A stretch of DNA of 63,904 bases, filler included, from Folioceros fuciformis (taxonomy: Eukaryota): the NCBI GenBank assembly GCA_049999805.1. It is 17 parts of 17 records of this genome, joined end to end, with 100 filler letters (N's around TTAATTAATTAA, not from the genome) between each part and the next. Parts side by side here need not be neighbours in the genome. Positions count along the whole stretch, not along the records: positions 20,266 to 26,182 come from JBNGIO010000533.1; positions 26,283 to 30,306 come from JBNGIO010000534.1; positions 30,407 to 35,259 come from JBNGIO010000535.1; positions 35,360 to 38,701 come from JBNGIO010000537.1; 13 more parts are not named here. One strand, 5' to 3'. Both the position numbers and the translations under genes were made by a program. Of the stretch, positions 22,994 to 36,637 are shown piece by piece. The notes beneath the pieces were generated by a model. That model saw only the letters and a program-made list of their open reading frames with translations, was not told where the DNA came from and searched no databases. Every line of letters starts with the position of its first letter. Position 1 is the stretch's first letter.

Positions 22994-24024
22994 TTGATAA
23001 GCAACTTGGTTGCGCCTCTTGTTTTGTGGTTTCCTCTTGTATTATTTTTCAGCACTTACTAATGAGAGTCCATGTGAGCCTTGCCCACAGCAAGGAAAGG
23101 TATCTTTGAGCTGCTTTGCAATAGAAGATGCTTCCTGTGGACGAGCCAGCATTGTTTCAGCCGTTTGTAAGAAGTACCACGTCGTCCAGCGCAAATGTGG
23201 TATACCCGCGAAGAGCCCTGAATAGCCATTCCCCTAACCACTTTGTGAAGGTTCAGGTTTCGCTGGAATTATATGTTGAAAAAATATTATTACTAACATG
23301 CCTCCAGCTTTCAAGGGGGTTCACAAAGCTTTAGCCTCCTTTGCCATAGTCAAGCAAAGGGCCTCTATTCTTGTCCCTGTACCATTACCTATCATTCAGA
23401 CCATGGATTGTGCTTGTGGATCAATCTAGCAACCTTGTGTTCTTGTTTCGATGAAGGTGCATCTTGCTTTCCATACGCCAACGTGATGCTACAATCATGA
23501 TCATGGAGCTTGAAGGCTGAAAGGGACATAGCATTGATGCCAGACAATGCCCCGTAATGCCAGACAACGCCCCGCTATGAAGACCCCACCATGAGTTCCA
23601 AACTCTGACATCACAGACATCGAGGGCTGAGCAATAACATCATCGTTCATCTAATAGGCATACACATCGATACCCGATGGAAGTTAATGCCTGCCACCAC
23701 AGCCCGTGCGGTACGGTTGTGCCAGGCCTTACGGCGCCTGCCAAAAGCCATTCCATTTCGCACAACGACGCGGCCTTACCACTTCTCATCCTCCGTCCGT
23801 GAGCTGAACTCGTTGTGTACACCAACAGGCTATTCCGCGCGGTTTGGCGGTGCGTGCATCACGCGATAAGTAAACCATGCACCAATTACACTTACAATAC
23901 TTAGCTTCGTGGCAACCACCATTAACCCTAATGTTCAACGTATGCTATATTCAAAGTTTCCGCTTATGCTGACCAAAGGGGTTCAGATTAGGCCGATGAT
24001 CTTACTCGTCAAGGGCAGCTTTGA

Positions 24025-26060
24025 TTGAGCTTAGTGTACATAGATTGTACCGAGTGCAAAAATTTTGAGGAGCGGCTTCGGGATACACCATTCGTAGTGC
24101 AATTGCCTAAACCTGGACACTTTTCAGCTACAGATTTGGAGTGGGTGTGCTCCTCTCACAGCCATTCAAAATGTTGCTCACATCTTAATGGACAGAGTGG
24201 TGGACTTTGTAGCTGCTATGAGTGCAAACAAAGAACATCCAACAAATTTCTAGAAGAAGGATTCAAAGGGACCCAACAAGCTCTTGAAACCTATAACACG
24301 GTCTGTCCACACAGCCCTTTCCTACATGAGGTACCATCCGTTGACTTTAACTGGTAGTCTTCACTTCACCTTATCTTACATGTGGCACTCTAAACAAGAC
24401 AGTGACTTGTGGGATTTAGGGTAGCCTTACTTATATTGCCATGTGAGGAACTGACTCTACATTCTAACCGTTCTGGCACGTACTGGTGTTCATATGGGCC
24501 CGAGGATTTTCGGCAATCTAGTCCTCAAGGCTTCTTCAGTGTTCAAACAGCGAAGTGCAAAATTGCGAGAGGAGAGAGTATGAAGCATGGATGTCAAGCT
24601 AACTTTCGTGTAAAGCAGTTATTATTGTGGCCCATGGTTGCCGAGATTGGCTTGTATGAAGACAATCATACTGATTTGGGGGCATGGTTGCCGAGATTGG
24701 CTTGTATAAAAACAATCATACTGATTTGGGGGCTGCTATTTGTCATGGTTCCGCTTACACAAGCCTGCCTTGAGATGTTTGAGCAGCCTGGCTTTCTCAT
24801 GAGAAGAAGGAGTAGGTCCGCCACTGCTTGTACTGCAAGGTGTCCGTCGATGAAATTATGCATCGACACAAGGATGCTGTGTTTATGGAGGTAAATAATT
24901 CGGTAGAGCCATACGAACACGTTAGAGATGACTACATGTTACAGCAAGATGTTTTGAACATTGCTACTCAATTGGATATAGGTGAATGCAAGCTTCATGT
25001 TGATGATTGCACCTCTGTTTCCATGTGGCTTGTGCAAAATGCGTCTCTGGTATTTTACTTAGCACTTGATGACAAACCATTCTGCTTGGGAATTCATACC
25101 CCATTCATGTTGGAGGCTATGGTATAATATGGAAATAATAGTGTTTTAGCTATGGATGCCACATTCGGCATGAACAAGTACAAGTACAATTTGTTCACTA
25201 TGATGGTGTTTGACCCTCCTTTTAACGAAGTACCTGTTGCTTAGGTGATTTCCAAGGAGGCAATAATTGCCTCAATGGTTCCACGGCTTTCTACTGTCCG
25301 GCTGCAGGTATTCAAACGTGACCTTACATGGATTCCTTCATCGTGGATAATTGCCAAGCTGAGATAATAGATATCCAATAAGTTTGGTCACATAACATGC
25401 CGATCATATTGTGTTTGTAGCATGTTCATAAAGCTTGGTGACGTCAACTGCTAAGCAAGGTACGTGACATGGATGACCGGAAAGCAATTTGGGCAGAACT
25501 AGGTGGAGTTATGTATGTCCAAGGTGCAACCGCACCAGCCATTTGTTTGAGCAGAGCAAGGTCTATGCTATTTGCATTCTATGCCAAGTGGGTCTATGCT
25601 ATTTGCATTCTATGCCAAGTGGGAGGTCAAACAACTTGCTTATGTTTCGTATTTCAAAGCTCAGTGGGCTTCCATTATGGGTTAGTTCATTTTCTACGCA
25701 CTTCATGTTTTTGCTCCTATTACCTTCAGGTGAACCCTTGACAAGTGAATGATTGTTGTTGCAGAAATGTGGATCTATATTGTTCTGCTATTCCCTCATG
25801 CCAAGCAGAATACTACCTTGGCAGTGGAAGCATTTCACCGCTTCTTGAAAGAACGTGTATCTTTTTCCAAAGCTACTATGCCTGCAAGCACCTCGGGTTG
25901 GTTACTATACCAGGTAGTTTTTGTGGTAACACGACATTACTGGTACCAGCACTTCAGTAAAGAAGGAGGCTATGTTCGAAATAAGAAACAAGAGTTTCTG
26001 ATGGGGCATGCGATTCTACAAGCTTAGGAGATTCCACTGAACTCAGTAATTCTACCATGC
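24025..26060 (+). pseudogene. Degenerate MULE/SWIM-type (Mutator-like) transposase
   Basis: Fragments YWCSYGPED, GCQANFRVK, AMDATFGMNKYKYNLFTMMVFD..VPVA, ILCL*HVHKAW, AVEAFHRFLK, broken by stops, frameshifts and two small internal duplications. Confidence 0.7.
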
Positions 26061-27272
26061 CCTATAGTAGGAGGATTGCTTGGGCCGGCTCACTGCTTGT
26101 CTTCCTCCATTGAGTCTACTTGGTATGTTATAGATTAATATAATTATACATGTATCGGCATGATCAGCGGTGGAAGAACACANNNNNNNNNNNNNNNNNN
26201 NNNNNNNNNNNNNNNNNNNNNNNNNNTTAATTAATTAANNNNNNNNNNNNNNNNNNNNNNNNNNNNNNNNNNNNNNNNNNNNCGTTCCTACCTGACTGAT
26301 TACCTCCTGCCCGCGCATCCCCTTTTGCGCTTCCCTTCCTTGGTTCACCACAAAACCGCCTCACTCACCTCAGAAACAAGCGCACGCACACATGAACAAC
26401 AACAATCTGTTGGACACCTTCCACCCGCGTGATCTCACACCTTAGATACACCCCCTGCGGTCTCAATTCAGCTTCTTCACAGCCTCTCTAGTCTCATCGC
26501 AACCAGTCACACATACACACCACATCTCGTTGCACCCCACACACATTACCCACCTCTCCTCCGGGGTTTCCCCGGCTTTGTTCTCTCTTCCCCACTCACC
26601 AGTTCTCTGTATACATTCTACCCATCTTAACAGTCGTCGAATCACTTCCACTCCGCTTCACTTCCTGCTCCACTCCTTCTGCCTTCCTTTTCGCATTCAC
26701 TCTTACCCACTACTCGGCCACTCGCTCCTCCTCCTTCTCACACACGTGTACTCCCGCGCTCTCCTTTCTTCGGTTCTTCAGTCTTCTTTCTCAGCGATGC
26801 CCCCTCCTGGGCTCTTATTAACGTTGAGGAATGGTGAGGTACCGGGGCTAAGGGAAGAGGAGTCCCTTCCACTCCGAACTCGCGGATTCGGCTTCGACAC
26901 CCGCACCACCCCACATGACCACCTCGAGGATAGCTGGGGAGCTTCTCTCCCACTCGGCGAGGCTCCTCCTCCCGATTCGTCCCCGGACTTGATCACGGAG
27001 CGCCCACCACCTACACTCGCACCCCAGGTTGCTACGTGTGCTCGCTTGCCTGGACCTCCTGTCCAGCAACGGCCATCGCTAGGTCCCTGCAAGGTCGACT
27101 GTTTGGCTGGTTCTTGCTGATTCCTTAGACCTTCAAACCGGCCTCTTGTACACGGTGATGGCGGTTTTTTCCGCCATAAAGTCTGTCAGGCAGGGGGGCT
27201 GCGCTCTTAAATTCTGAGCGACTTAGGTCCAAATAAAGCACGCTAAAAAAATCCTATTCTAGCCAACATTTA

Positions 27273-30117
27273 CTATCGCCCTTCCCCACGCCGCTGGCGG
27301 CTTCCTCCTAGCCTTCGCGCGTCACCCCTTACTGCTCCTCCTCTCGCTCTTCTACCCCTCCGTTGGTCCGGCAGATCCTCCCAAAGGATCTCCACATCAC
27401 TGCTGCTACTGCTGGACCTGGCTGGCGGCGAAGGTGGGTCCTGCCGCTGTGGTCCACCACTCCTCCTCCTTCTCTGGTTGCTGAGGACAGCCACAGGCCC
27501 CCGTTCTACCCAGCGCTGGGCCTCCTCTTCCGTCAGTTCCTCCAGAACTGCCTCCGCATAGCAGTGGGGCAGTCCTGTCACCCACCAGCTGTAGTGGTAG
27601 AGTCCCATACGCGTCCTCAACTGTAGGTCGTAGCCCCGCGTCCCTCCTGTGCCCATACGTACATACAGAAACAGCTTCAGAATTCTGGCCCCTTCTACAT
27701 ACAGGCCTGGCACATAGGAGGCCTCCTCCTCATACTGCAGCACAATCCGACCTTGTGTCATAACAGAGGTGCTTACCCCGTCCTCCCTTGGGCTACCTCG
27801 GGTTGCCTGCTCCCCTCCTGCTAGGGTACCTGAAGGTTCTTTGCCTGCCCAGCTGTTGCCTCCTCCGGCTCTATCCTCCTGGTACGGGTCACCCTCCTGG
27901 AGCGCCTAGGGGCAGGCGCCCCTACTGCTTCCTCCTTCATTTCCAGGGTTGGTTCTTCAGCTAACCTGGGCCTTGCTGGGCCGCCGGTAGCCCCGTCGGC
28001 TACCCGACTACCGGTAGTCCCGTGGAGACTACCGGACTTTCGGTAGTCCCGTGGACTACCATACTACCAGTAGTCCCCTCGACTACCATTCCCCTGGTTC
28101 GGCTACCGGTACCCCCTTCTGCTACCGGGGTCGCCGACTGACTCGGACGCCCAGCCTTGCTCTTCCCCTTCACTCTCTCTCTGGCCTCATCCCGCTCTCG
28201 CTTGTATCTGTTAGCCAACTTCTGAGCCTACTCCACAGTGGCTATCTCCATCTCCTGTGCCCTGGCCATTTCCTGTTGCATCTCCAGGTTAGTCTCGTGA
28301 GCCTCCCTCACCTGAGCTAGCAGGGTCCCCTGTTGCTCTTTCAGCGCCTGCACTTCAGCCCTCCCCTCGCGCGCCTCTTCCTCGGCTTGAGCCTTCTCTC
28401 TATCCAGGACCCGCTGCTTCTTCTCCAGCAGTTGCTGCGCCGTCTCTGACTCCGCCAGTTGCCTCCTTGCTTCAGCCTCTCGCTCACGAGCCTTCTCCTC
28501 CCTTCCCCAAGCCTCGGCCTCTCGCTCCGCTTGTACACTTAACCAGGTCAAGGCCCTAGCAGCCTGATCCAGGAGGTCTGCTTGGGCCTGCACCATCGCA
28601 GCAGTCAGCCCGGGTAGGTCCACCTCCTGCACCCCTCCTGTGCCCATTCCTCTCGCCGTGATTTGTCTGCCCAGGAATTCTCGCAACTTGTCCAGGTCCC
28701 CCACCTGCAACCTGTCTCTCTGAGGCCTGCACCTGAAAATGTCCTTCCACCTTGAGGAACCCTCCTGTGCTGAAACGTGCCCTAACTTATCCTCCTGTCT
28801 GGAGGAAACTGTGTCGGCTGCCATCACCTGATCCGGTGGCTCCTCGGGTCTTGTCCCACCCTGACCTTGCTCCTCCAACCTTCGGTCCTTGATTCCCTGG
28901 ACAGCTGGTTCTCATTCTGCCTCCTGCTGACCCGTCTGTTCTAGGGCTGTCCCCCCTTCCTCCTGATCAGCCCCCATGCTCACACGTTCTCCTCTGGTCC
29001 TTTTCCTCCTGGCAGGAATCTTCTTTTGTGGGGCCATCCTCTTCCTGGGCTTGGCTGGGGTTTCCTCCTGCGAGCTATTCCCACTGTCAGCTTCCCAACT
29101 GCTGGAGGCAGCCCTTGCTGGCTCAGCGGGCTTCCACTTCACATCGCGAGCTGGCTTCCACAGGTGCAGCGAGGCCAGCCTTTCTAGCTTAGTGACCAGG
29201 TTAGCGTAACTGTACACATGGATTAGAAACAGGGAAATCATAGAAGGTTCAGGGGTGGGTCGGATTAGGTTCTGCCTCTCCTCATCCATCCGGGTGTATA
29301 AAATTCCCCCAGTCGATCCTGGTGCCCTTCACTACTTCATGCACAAATAGGAGCATCTGATCGGACATATAATCCTGTTTGCGTACCTGAAAGAAGCTCA
29401 GGAACCACCTGGCCAATCCCAACAACTGGGGACTTGCCATGTCGCGCACCAGCCACTCGTTCGCTTCCTTTTTCGTGCCTGCCTTGAGCAGCGTTTCCAC
29501 GGCTCCCGTTCCGCCATGCCTCTTCAGGGACTCCAGCACCAGTCCCCCTTCCTCTTGTTGGTCGCGCCCGTAGACCCCTCCTGATCAACTCCAGGTTCCA
29601 TTCTTGGGGTCTGCCTCTGATCCCCTCCTCGCGTACAGGCTCTATCAGCCTCAGGGCGCACTCCCTGACCAGCTGGGGTGCTACATAGTTCCAATTCTGG
29701 GTCATAAAAGTCAGACCCAGCTCTGCCACCAACTTTCTTGCCCTGACCCTCCAGTGCTCCATATTGGGCCACAGGAGTAGGTTGATTCGAGGGACAGGAG
29801 GTCCCCCTTCCTGTCTAGAGGCTGCTACTCCAAGGATCAGTTCAGGCCGCGACCTCATCCTGGCTATCCTCCTCCCCTCACGCTCGGGCTCGGAACTCTT
29901 CTGTCCTGGTCACGCTCTGGCTCTTCCTTTGTTCGCCCAGCTCTCTCCACCGCTCGCACCTTGGAGGTCTCCCACTCCCCTGTGCCTACTCAACCCTCAC
30001 GCCCTGCGCCATCTGCCCCGTCGTCCTGGCGCTTTCTCCTCCTTTAGCCGCTTCACGCTTCAAGTTACTCCCACTCCCCGCGCTTTCGGATGCTGGACAA
30101 AGCTCCCCTTTCTCTAG
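27273..30117 (-). mobile_element. Unassigned repeat-family ORF, copy 1 (frameshifted, ~860 codons); probably an accessory ORF of an LTR retroelement
   Basis: Homologous to 46268-48808 and 41605-42173 (WPNMEHWRVRA, MLLFVHEVVKGTRIDWG, coiled coil, YEEEASYVP..YSWW.TGLPHCYAEA). Confidence 0.65.
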
Positions 30118-30406
30118 GGTTTTTATGCCCTGCCCGCTTTCTCTCCTTACCGCCCGTCGGGCTACCATAAGTCGTCCCTCCGACGACGGTTGCCCTGCCG
30201 GCTACCGTCGCCCTATCGTCTCGGCCCTTACTTTTGCCTAAGTCCACAACTGGCCTGTTCCCTAATCATTTCTATTTCCTTATTTCTCAAAAAAGGGGGG
30301 GGGGGGNNNNNNNNNNNNNNNNNNNNNNNNNNNNNNNNNNNNNNNNNNNNTTAATTAATTAANNNNNNNNNNNNNNNNNNNNNNNNNNNNNNNNNNNNNN
30401 NNNNNN

Positions 30407-30613
30407 GGAGCAAGCACAAAGGCAAGAAACGCCTCCACCAAAGAGGTATCCGACAAGGGAGCGACGGCCACCTAAGGATTGGAGAGAAGGACCAGAGTTT
30501 GCTTCCATTGCTATGACACACGGAAGGGAACCATTGACTGTGGCTGAAGCTCTACAAGGGAAGGATTGCGAGCACTGGAAAGAAGCCATGGATGAGGAGA
30601 TGAGTGTCGTTTA
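30407..30613 (+). mobile_element. Ty1/copia fragment upstream of RT, interrupted by an LTR
   Basis: RYPTRERRPP..EPLTVAEALQG..HWKEAMDEEM. Confidence 0.65.
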
Positions 30614-33600
30614 TGAACAGCAAGTAGATTGTAGTAGGCGCACGCGCACTAGAGACATGTAGGCGAGGAAGCGATAGAATTAAGAATAGAATTAGATGGT
30701 GAAACGACGTTCGTGTGTCTTTCACATGACACGGCAGTTACCAACTACCAACCGTCAACGTGCCCTAAAAATAAATGAAACTATTCATATCTACTCGCCT
30801 AACCCTAATACACTTATTATTTAATACAATTATTATTTAAAGGGTAAGCGAATCCTCATCCAACACCCCCACTTGAGCTTAGCCCTAATTTGAACATGGC
30901 AATTACGCTCCGGCTTGTGTCTTTACTCCGGCGGCTGCTCCATTCTTGTGAAACTTGATCTGCTTACCTCCGAGTTTAGGGTTATGGGTGCTGCACTGCA
31001 ATTGGACTATCCGCCGCCGCACTCGGCCACTGCTGCGCTGCTCTTTAAGACAATTAGGGCTGAGGCCACTCTTTCATTCTCGACTTCACAGCTGTTAAGC
31101 TTGGCCCAGCGCCGCCTCTTGCCTACATGTACTCCGCATGGATGCGTTCTGGACTGCAAGGGCAACAATTTGGCTCCGCTCAGTGACTAGTATCTAGCAG
31201 CTCGCAGTCTTTCTTTGTTCAGGGATTGCAGGCAGTCAGGCCTAGTCTTCTTGCATGTTTGATATGCAGCTCTTTAGACAGGGCCTTTGTGAGTAGATCG
31301 GCTGGGTTCTCTACTGTTGAGATGTAGGTCACAGTTATTTGTCCATCCGCCACCACTTCTCTTATAAAGTGGTGATGGATTTCTATGTGCTTCGTCTTTG
31401 AGTGGAATACCGGGTTCTTTGTAAGCGCTATGGCGCCTTGATTATCACAGTACACCACTGTTGCATCTTTTTGGACGACCTCAACGTCAGATAAGTTCCT
31501 TCTTACCCAGATTACTTCCTTTGCTACAACCGTCAATGCTTTGTACTCAGCCTCAGTGCTTGATGTGGAAACTGTTCCCTGTTTCTTGCTCGACCAAGAA
31601 ATTGGTCCTCCAGCTAGCATCAGTACGTATGCTGACAGTGACTTCCAATTGTTCAGGTCAGAGGCCCAGTCCGAGTCGCAGAATCCTTCAAGAATCAGGT
31701 TCTTTCCTTCTGTGCCTGAATAAACAATCCCTTCAGTAGATGTGTTCTTGAGGTATCTGAACGTGCGTTTGACTTGGCTCCAGTGCTCAGGGCATGGATT
31801 TTCAAGAAACTGTGACTCAAGTCTGACAGCATATGCAATATCCGGCCTTGTCACGTTTGCCAGATATATGAGAGTGCCTACAGCATGCCTATACGGAATC
31901 TTGGCCATCTCTGCAGAATCTTCAGGTATTAAAGGTTCCTGTACCATTGTCAGCTTCAGTCCCGTTGCCAGAGGTGTTGCACACCCATTTGCCTCAGCCA
32001 GATTGAAACGCTTCAGACCTTCTCTAATGTACTTTTTCTGGCAAATTGACAGTCTCCTGGCTGCTCTGTCCCTTGCAATCTCTATGCCTAAACACCACGT
32101 GAGCTCTCCCAGCTCAGTCATCTCGAACTCACGCTTTAGAAGTGCTTTCACTTTGCTCATCAAGCTGCTCTTTCCCTTGGTGGCGGCCAAGACAAGATCA
32201 TCTACGTACAGCAGTAAGATCAGAAAGCTCTCTCCTTCTCTCAACATGTACAGTCCATGATCAGCCGTCCCCTGCTTGAAGACTAGCTTCTTCAGGTACG
32301 CGTCAATTCGATAGTTCCATGCTCTTGGACTCTGCTTGAGTCCGTACAGGGTCTTGTTTAATTTACAAACTAGGTGATCTTTGCCTGGTTGCACATAACC
32401 CTCCGGCTGTTGCATGTAGATTTCTTCTTGCAGCTCACCATGCAGAAAAGCCGTCTTTACGTCCATTTGCTCGAGGTCCAAATCCAGGTGGGCTGCCAGT
32501 GCAAGCACCATCCTCAAAGTTGTGAATTTGACAACTGGAGCAAATGTCTCATTGAAGTCTACACCTGGTACTTGAGAAAAGCCACGAGCGACAAGTCGTG
32601 CCTTGTAGCGTTCTATACTACCATCAGCCTTCTTTTTCAGTTTGAAGACCCATTTGCAGGAAATGGGTTTCCTATCTCTCGGTAGTTCCACAAGTGACCA
32701 GGTACCATTTTTCATGATGGAAGCATATTCATCATCCACGGCCTTCTTCCACTGCTTTGATTTTGATCCTGTGAATGCTTGTGTGAGGGTGACAGGTTCC
32801 AAGGGATCCACACTGGCTGCCACCATGGCTCGGACATATGCACTCGAGGGTTGTGCTTCGCCATGCATTTCTGCAGCTCCAGATGATGACCCCTCTGCAG
32901 CTTGTGCCCCCACTGATGTGTCTGCAGCAGTAACTGGTTCACTCCTTGCAGCATGGGATCGTGACTTGGACTTATTTGGTCGCCAGTCCTCCATCTCCAG
33001 CCAAGGCTCCTTCCAGGGCCTACTTCGATCTCTCAGACTATACCGATGAGGCAGTTGTTCTGATACTGGATTGTGCACATCTGGAGGTTCCTGATCCAAG
33101 ACGTCCACGTCAGCCTGTTCAGGTACATCCTCTTCATTTACTTCGTCCTCTGTCGAGAGACCTTCAGTTTCTGCATTCTCTTCAGAAGTGTCCTCTTCTA
33201 GATCACCAGTCTGGTCAACATGAGAGACCACAGCATCCTGACATCTTCCTTGACTGTATGCAGACTGTAAGGCATCATCGTCCTCAACCTCTGTATCATC
33301 GTGCATCTGTGCACTAGCAAGTCCAGGTCCGGAAACCACGGGGCGCAATGCTTGCAGCAAACTGCGTTCATCAAAAACAACACTTCTGGCATGGCTCACA
33401 ACTCTTGTAACAGGGTCATACAGCTTATAGGCTTTAATGCCATCAATGTATCCTATGAACACCAACTTAGCAGCCCTATCCTGCAGTTTCGACTTCCTTT
33501 TGGGTTTGGGTACAAATGCATATGTAGGTGAGCCAAAAATACGCAGGTGCCGAACAGCTGGCTTCCGCCCCCAGCATGCTTCAAACGGTGTAGTGCCAGG

Positions 33601-35259
33601 TAAGACCCTTGTAGGCAGTCGGTTCAGTAAGTAATTTGCTGTATTTACTGCTTCACCCCAGTAAGAACGTGGCAGCCGTGCTTGTTTCAGGAGGGCTCTG
33701 GCAGTTTCCTGCAGCAGCTGATTTTTCTTTTCAGCGACTCCATTTAGCTGAGCTGTGTATGGAACAGTGAGCTGGCGTTGAAAGCCAAGACCTCGACAAT
33801 ACTCATCAAAGGCGTGTGAGGTATATTCCCCACCATTGTCGGATCGCAGGCATTTTAACGACCGTCCATGCTGGCGTTCCACCAGAAGTTGATATTCCTT
33901 GAATGTTTCCAGGGCCTCACTCTTGTGCTTCAGTATATACAGCATGCAATAGCGGGTGGCATCATCAATGAAGGTCATAAAGTAGGAACCACCACCGATG
34001 CTTGGAACAGAAATAGGACCACAAATATCTGAGTGCACCAAATCCAAAGGTGCTGCAGCCCGGTGAGCTCCTGACTTGTCAAATGCAAATTCGTGGTGTT
34101 TCGCATAAACACATGCTTCGCAAAGTGGCAGGTCCCCCACTTGATCTGGAATCTCGTCAGAGTACAAGGTGCTGTTGGCCATAGCCTGCAACTTCTTTCC
34201 ATGGGGATGACCACACCGCAAGTGCCAAACAGTGGCTACCTCCTGCGAAGTACTACTGCCTCCCAGGCCAGCAAGATTCAAGATAGGTAATTTGCTACCA
34301 GGAAGACTTAAATTGATAGATATCATTTACTGGAAATGCTTCAGCAATGGCCACACCTGGTGCCACACTTCTCACTATCGTGCACTTGTCCTCGCGGAAA
34401 GAAACTTGCAGTGCTCTATCTGCTGTAAGCTGCCTGACTGACAGCAGGTTTTTGGTGATGGCAGGTACATGAAGGACTTCATTTAATTCCAGGCTCCCTC
34501 CATTGTGTAAAGGTAAAACCACTCTTCCCACCCCAAGAATAGGTAGAGTGCGTTCATCACCTAACAGCACAGACTGTGCTTCCATATATGGTTTATACTC
34601 GCTAAATGAAGCTCTTTTGTGGCAGATGTGCGCAGAGGCTCCTGAATCAATAAACCACGCTGGTGTACGGGAACCAGAGGTGGTAAGGCATACAGTCAAA
34701 ATGACTTGTGCCTGCTTCTTCTTCGGTGTCTGCACATTGTGTGCCTCAGGAGAGCCCGTACCTCCTGCACCTTCCTTTTTAGGCTCACCGGCTTTTCTCT
34801 TGCGACAGTCCCGTGCCCAGTGGCCTGGAATGCCACACCAATTGCAGTTTCCACTCCTTTTCTGGCTGCCTGAACTCTGACCAGGTCCACTAGGAGCTGT
34901 CCTACCACCACGGTTAGCACTCCAGCTACCTCGACCTCTCTTAAATGGTTTGCCTCTGCCTGCATAGAGGGCTTGCTGACCCTGTGAATGCTGTTTTGCA
35001 GAGCGTGAAGCCGTGTGGCTTCTTCCTGCAGCATCGCACTAACCACTCCGTTGAATGTTAGCGGTTCTGCATCCAATTTCAAGGCCTTGGCTATCCTGTC
35101 CTCCACCTTCGCCATGGCCTGTTGACCAGTGACGAAGGGGCCATAACTTGGTGGTAAGGAACTCAATAATCTACAGGCTGCTTCGTAGTCTGTGATCTTC
35201 GTTCCCGTTGAACTTAGTTTTGCACGGGCAATCCTAAATCTTGCTATGCAGTGTTCAAC
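30614..35259 (-). mobile_element. Near-complete Ty1/copia element: gag, zinc knuckle, protease, integrase, RT, RNase H (pol ORF 31219-34326), PPT and ~250-bp 3' LTR (30614-30865)
   Basis: CNWCGIPGHWARDC, WFIDSGAS, WHLRCGH, VHSDICGP, SDNGGEY, KARLVARG, YVDD, DSDWA, TKHIE. PPT aagtggggg then TGTTGG. Frameshifts near 34960 and 34310. The left LTR boundary is approximate. Confidence 0.92.
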
Positions 35260-35359
35260 NNNNNNNNNNNNNNNNNNNNNNNNNNNNNNNNNNNNNNNNN
35301 NNNTTAATTAATTAANNNNNNNNNNNNNNNNNNNNNNNNNNNNNNNNNNNNNNNNNNNN

Positions 35360-36188
35360 GGCGTAGGGAGAGCTAGAAGGATTGCGGACTGAGATGGAAA
35401 CCATCCATGCTAACGAATGTCAAGAATGGAGGAAGCGGGATGCAGACTCCTCGACCACTTGCAGGCAACATACGGCGGACCAGGACTGTTATACAAAGGA
35501 ATGTAACCGGGCCCTCGAGGCAAAGAAGGAGACCTCCCACAAGTTGGTTGAGGCAGTCCAGCAGGTGGAAGAGGAACGGGGCAAATTACAGACCTTGCAG
35601 ATGGCGGAAAAGGCTGCCCACCATGAGGTTCGAGCACTAACGGCCGAACTCTCCCACACCCGCGACACCATGCAAAGTCATGGACAAGTCTGGGAGGAGG
35701 AGAGAAAGCAGCTCGTGGATTGAGTGAATGGGTTTCAGACCAAGGTGGAAGAGCTGTAGGTGCAACTAGTCGACTTCGAGACCTAGGAGGACCAACGTGA
35801 GGTTGCCTTGCTCCAAGCTTAGGTAAAAGCTGTATCCACTCTACCTTTTTGGGAGTCGGCGACGATCACCTTTGCTGCTTTGGAAGAGCTCCGCCAGTAC
35901 GTCAACACTGTCACTGCCCAGCATGCTAATCTCCCAGAAGTGAGATGGCGACCAAAGTACATAACCCTTCTAAGAATGGTAGTCGATGCCATCCAACAAC
36001 TAGATGACAGCCATGCCTTCTTCCACGGGGAGGTACTCCAAGTCTTGACTGAGACGGTGGAAACCCTACTGGCGGAGACGACTCTTATGGATGAACGAAT
36101 AGCACCTAGTAGCCCCGACCATCCTACCACCAGACCTGCCTCATTGGATCCAACTGCTAGTCTAGTCGTCCTAGGCTGGCTCCACTAA
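35360..36188 (+). pseudogene. Broken coiled-coil ORF of unknown origin, probably retroelement accessory or ORF1-like
   Basis: Glu/Gln/Lys-rich heptad-like fragments (35382-35723, 35880-36188) separated by stops, adjacent to a LINE remnant. Confidence 0.35.
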
Positions 36189-36637
36189 CCTACCGATTGC
36201 GATTGGAGGAGCAATCTTCCGGATAGTAAGAGCAATCCCACGACGCTATTCCCCTCCAGTTGGTAGAGCCTGGAGGCCGCGTGCGGGAACTGTAGAATGA
36301 CCACGACGTTTAAGGGTCGAACCCGACAGACCTCACTACAACGATTGATTGGGAACAAATCCCCAAGGTAAGCTTCCAATCCGGTGTAGTCTTTTGGAAC
36401 TTTGATTTAGTGAGTGGACAGCCGATGTCCCACACTCTCGTACCGACTCTACCCCGCTGCCCGCTCCACTTCCCTCTTCTCATCCCTCTCTCATGATACC
36501 CATTCCCCTCGACGGAGTCGCCTGTTGGTGCCACACGCTCACTGTCATGGTGAGTCGCTTGGTCGGACTTGTTGGCCCGCTCGCCACTCCGGTGAAGCTG
36601 CGTTCCCTTACTCCTCTTAGCTTGCTTCCTCGTCGCC

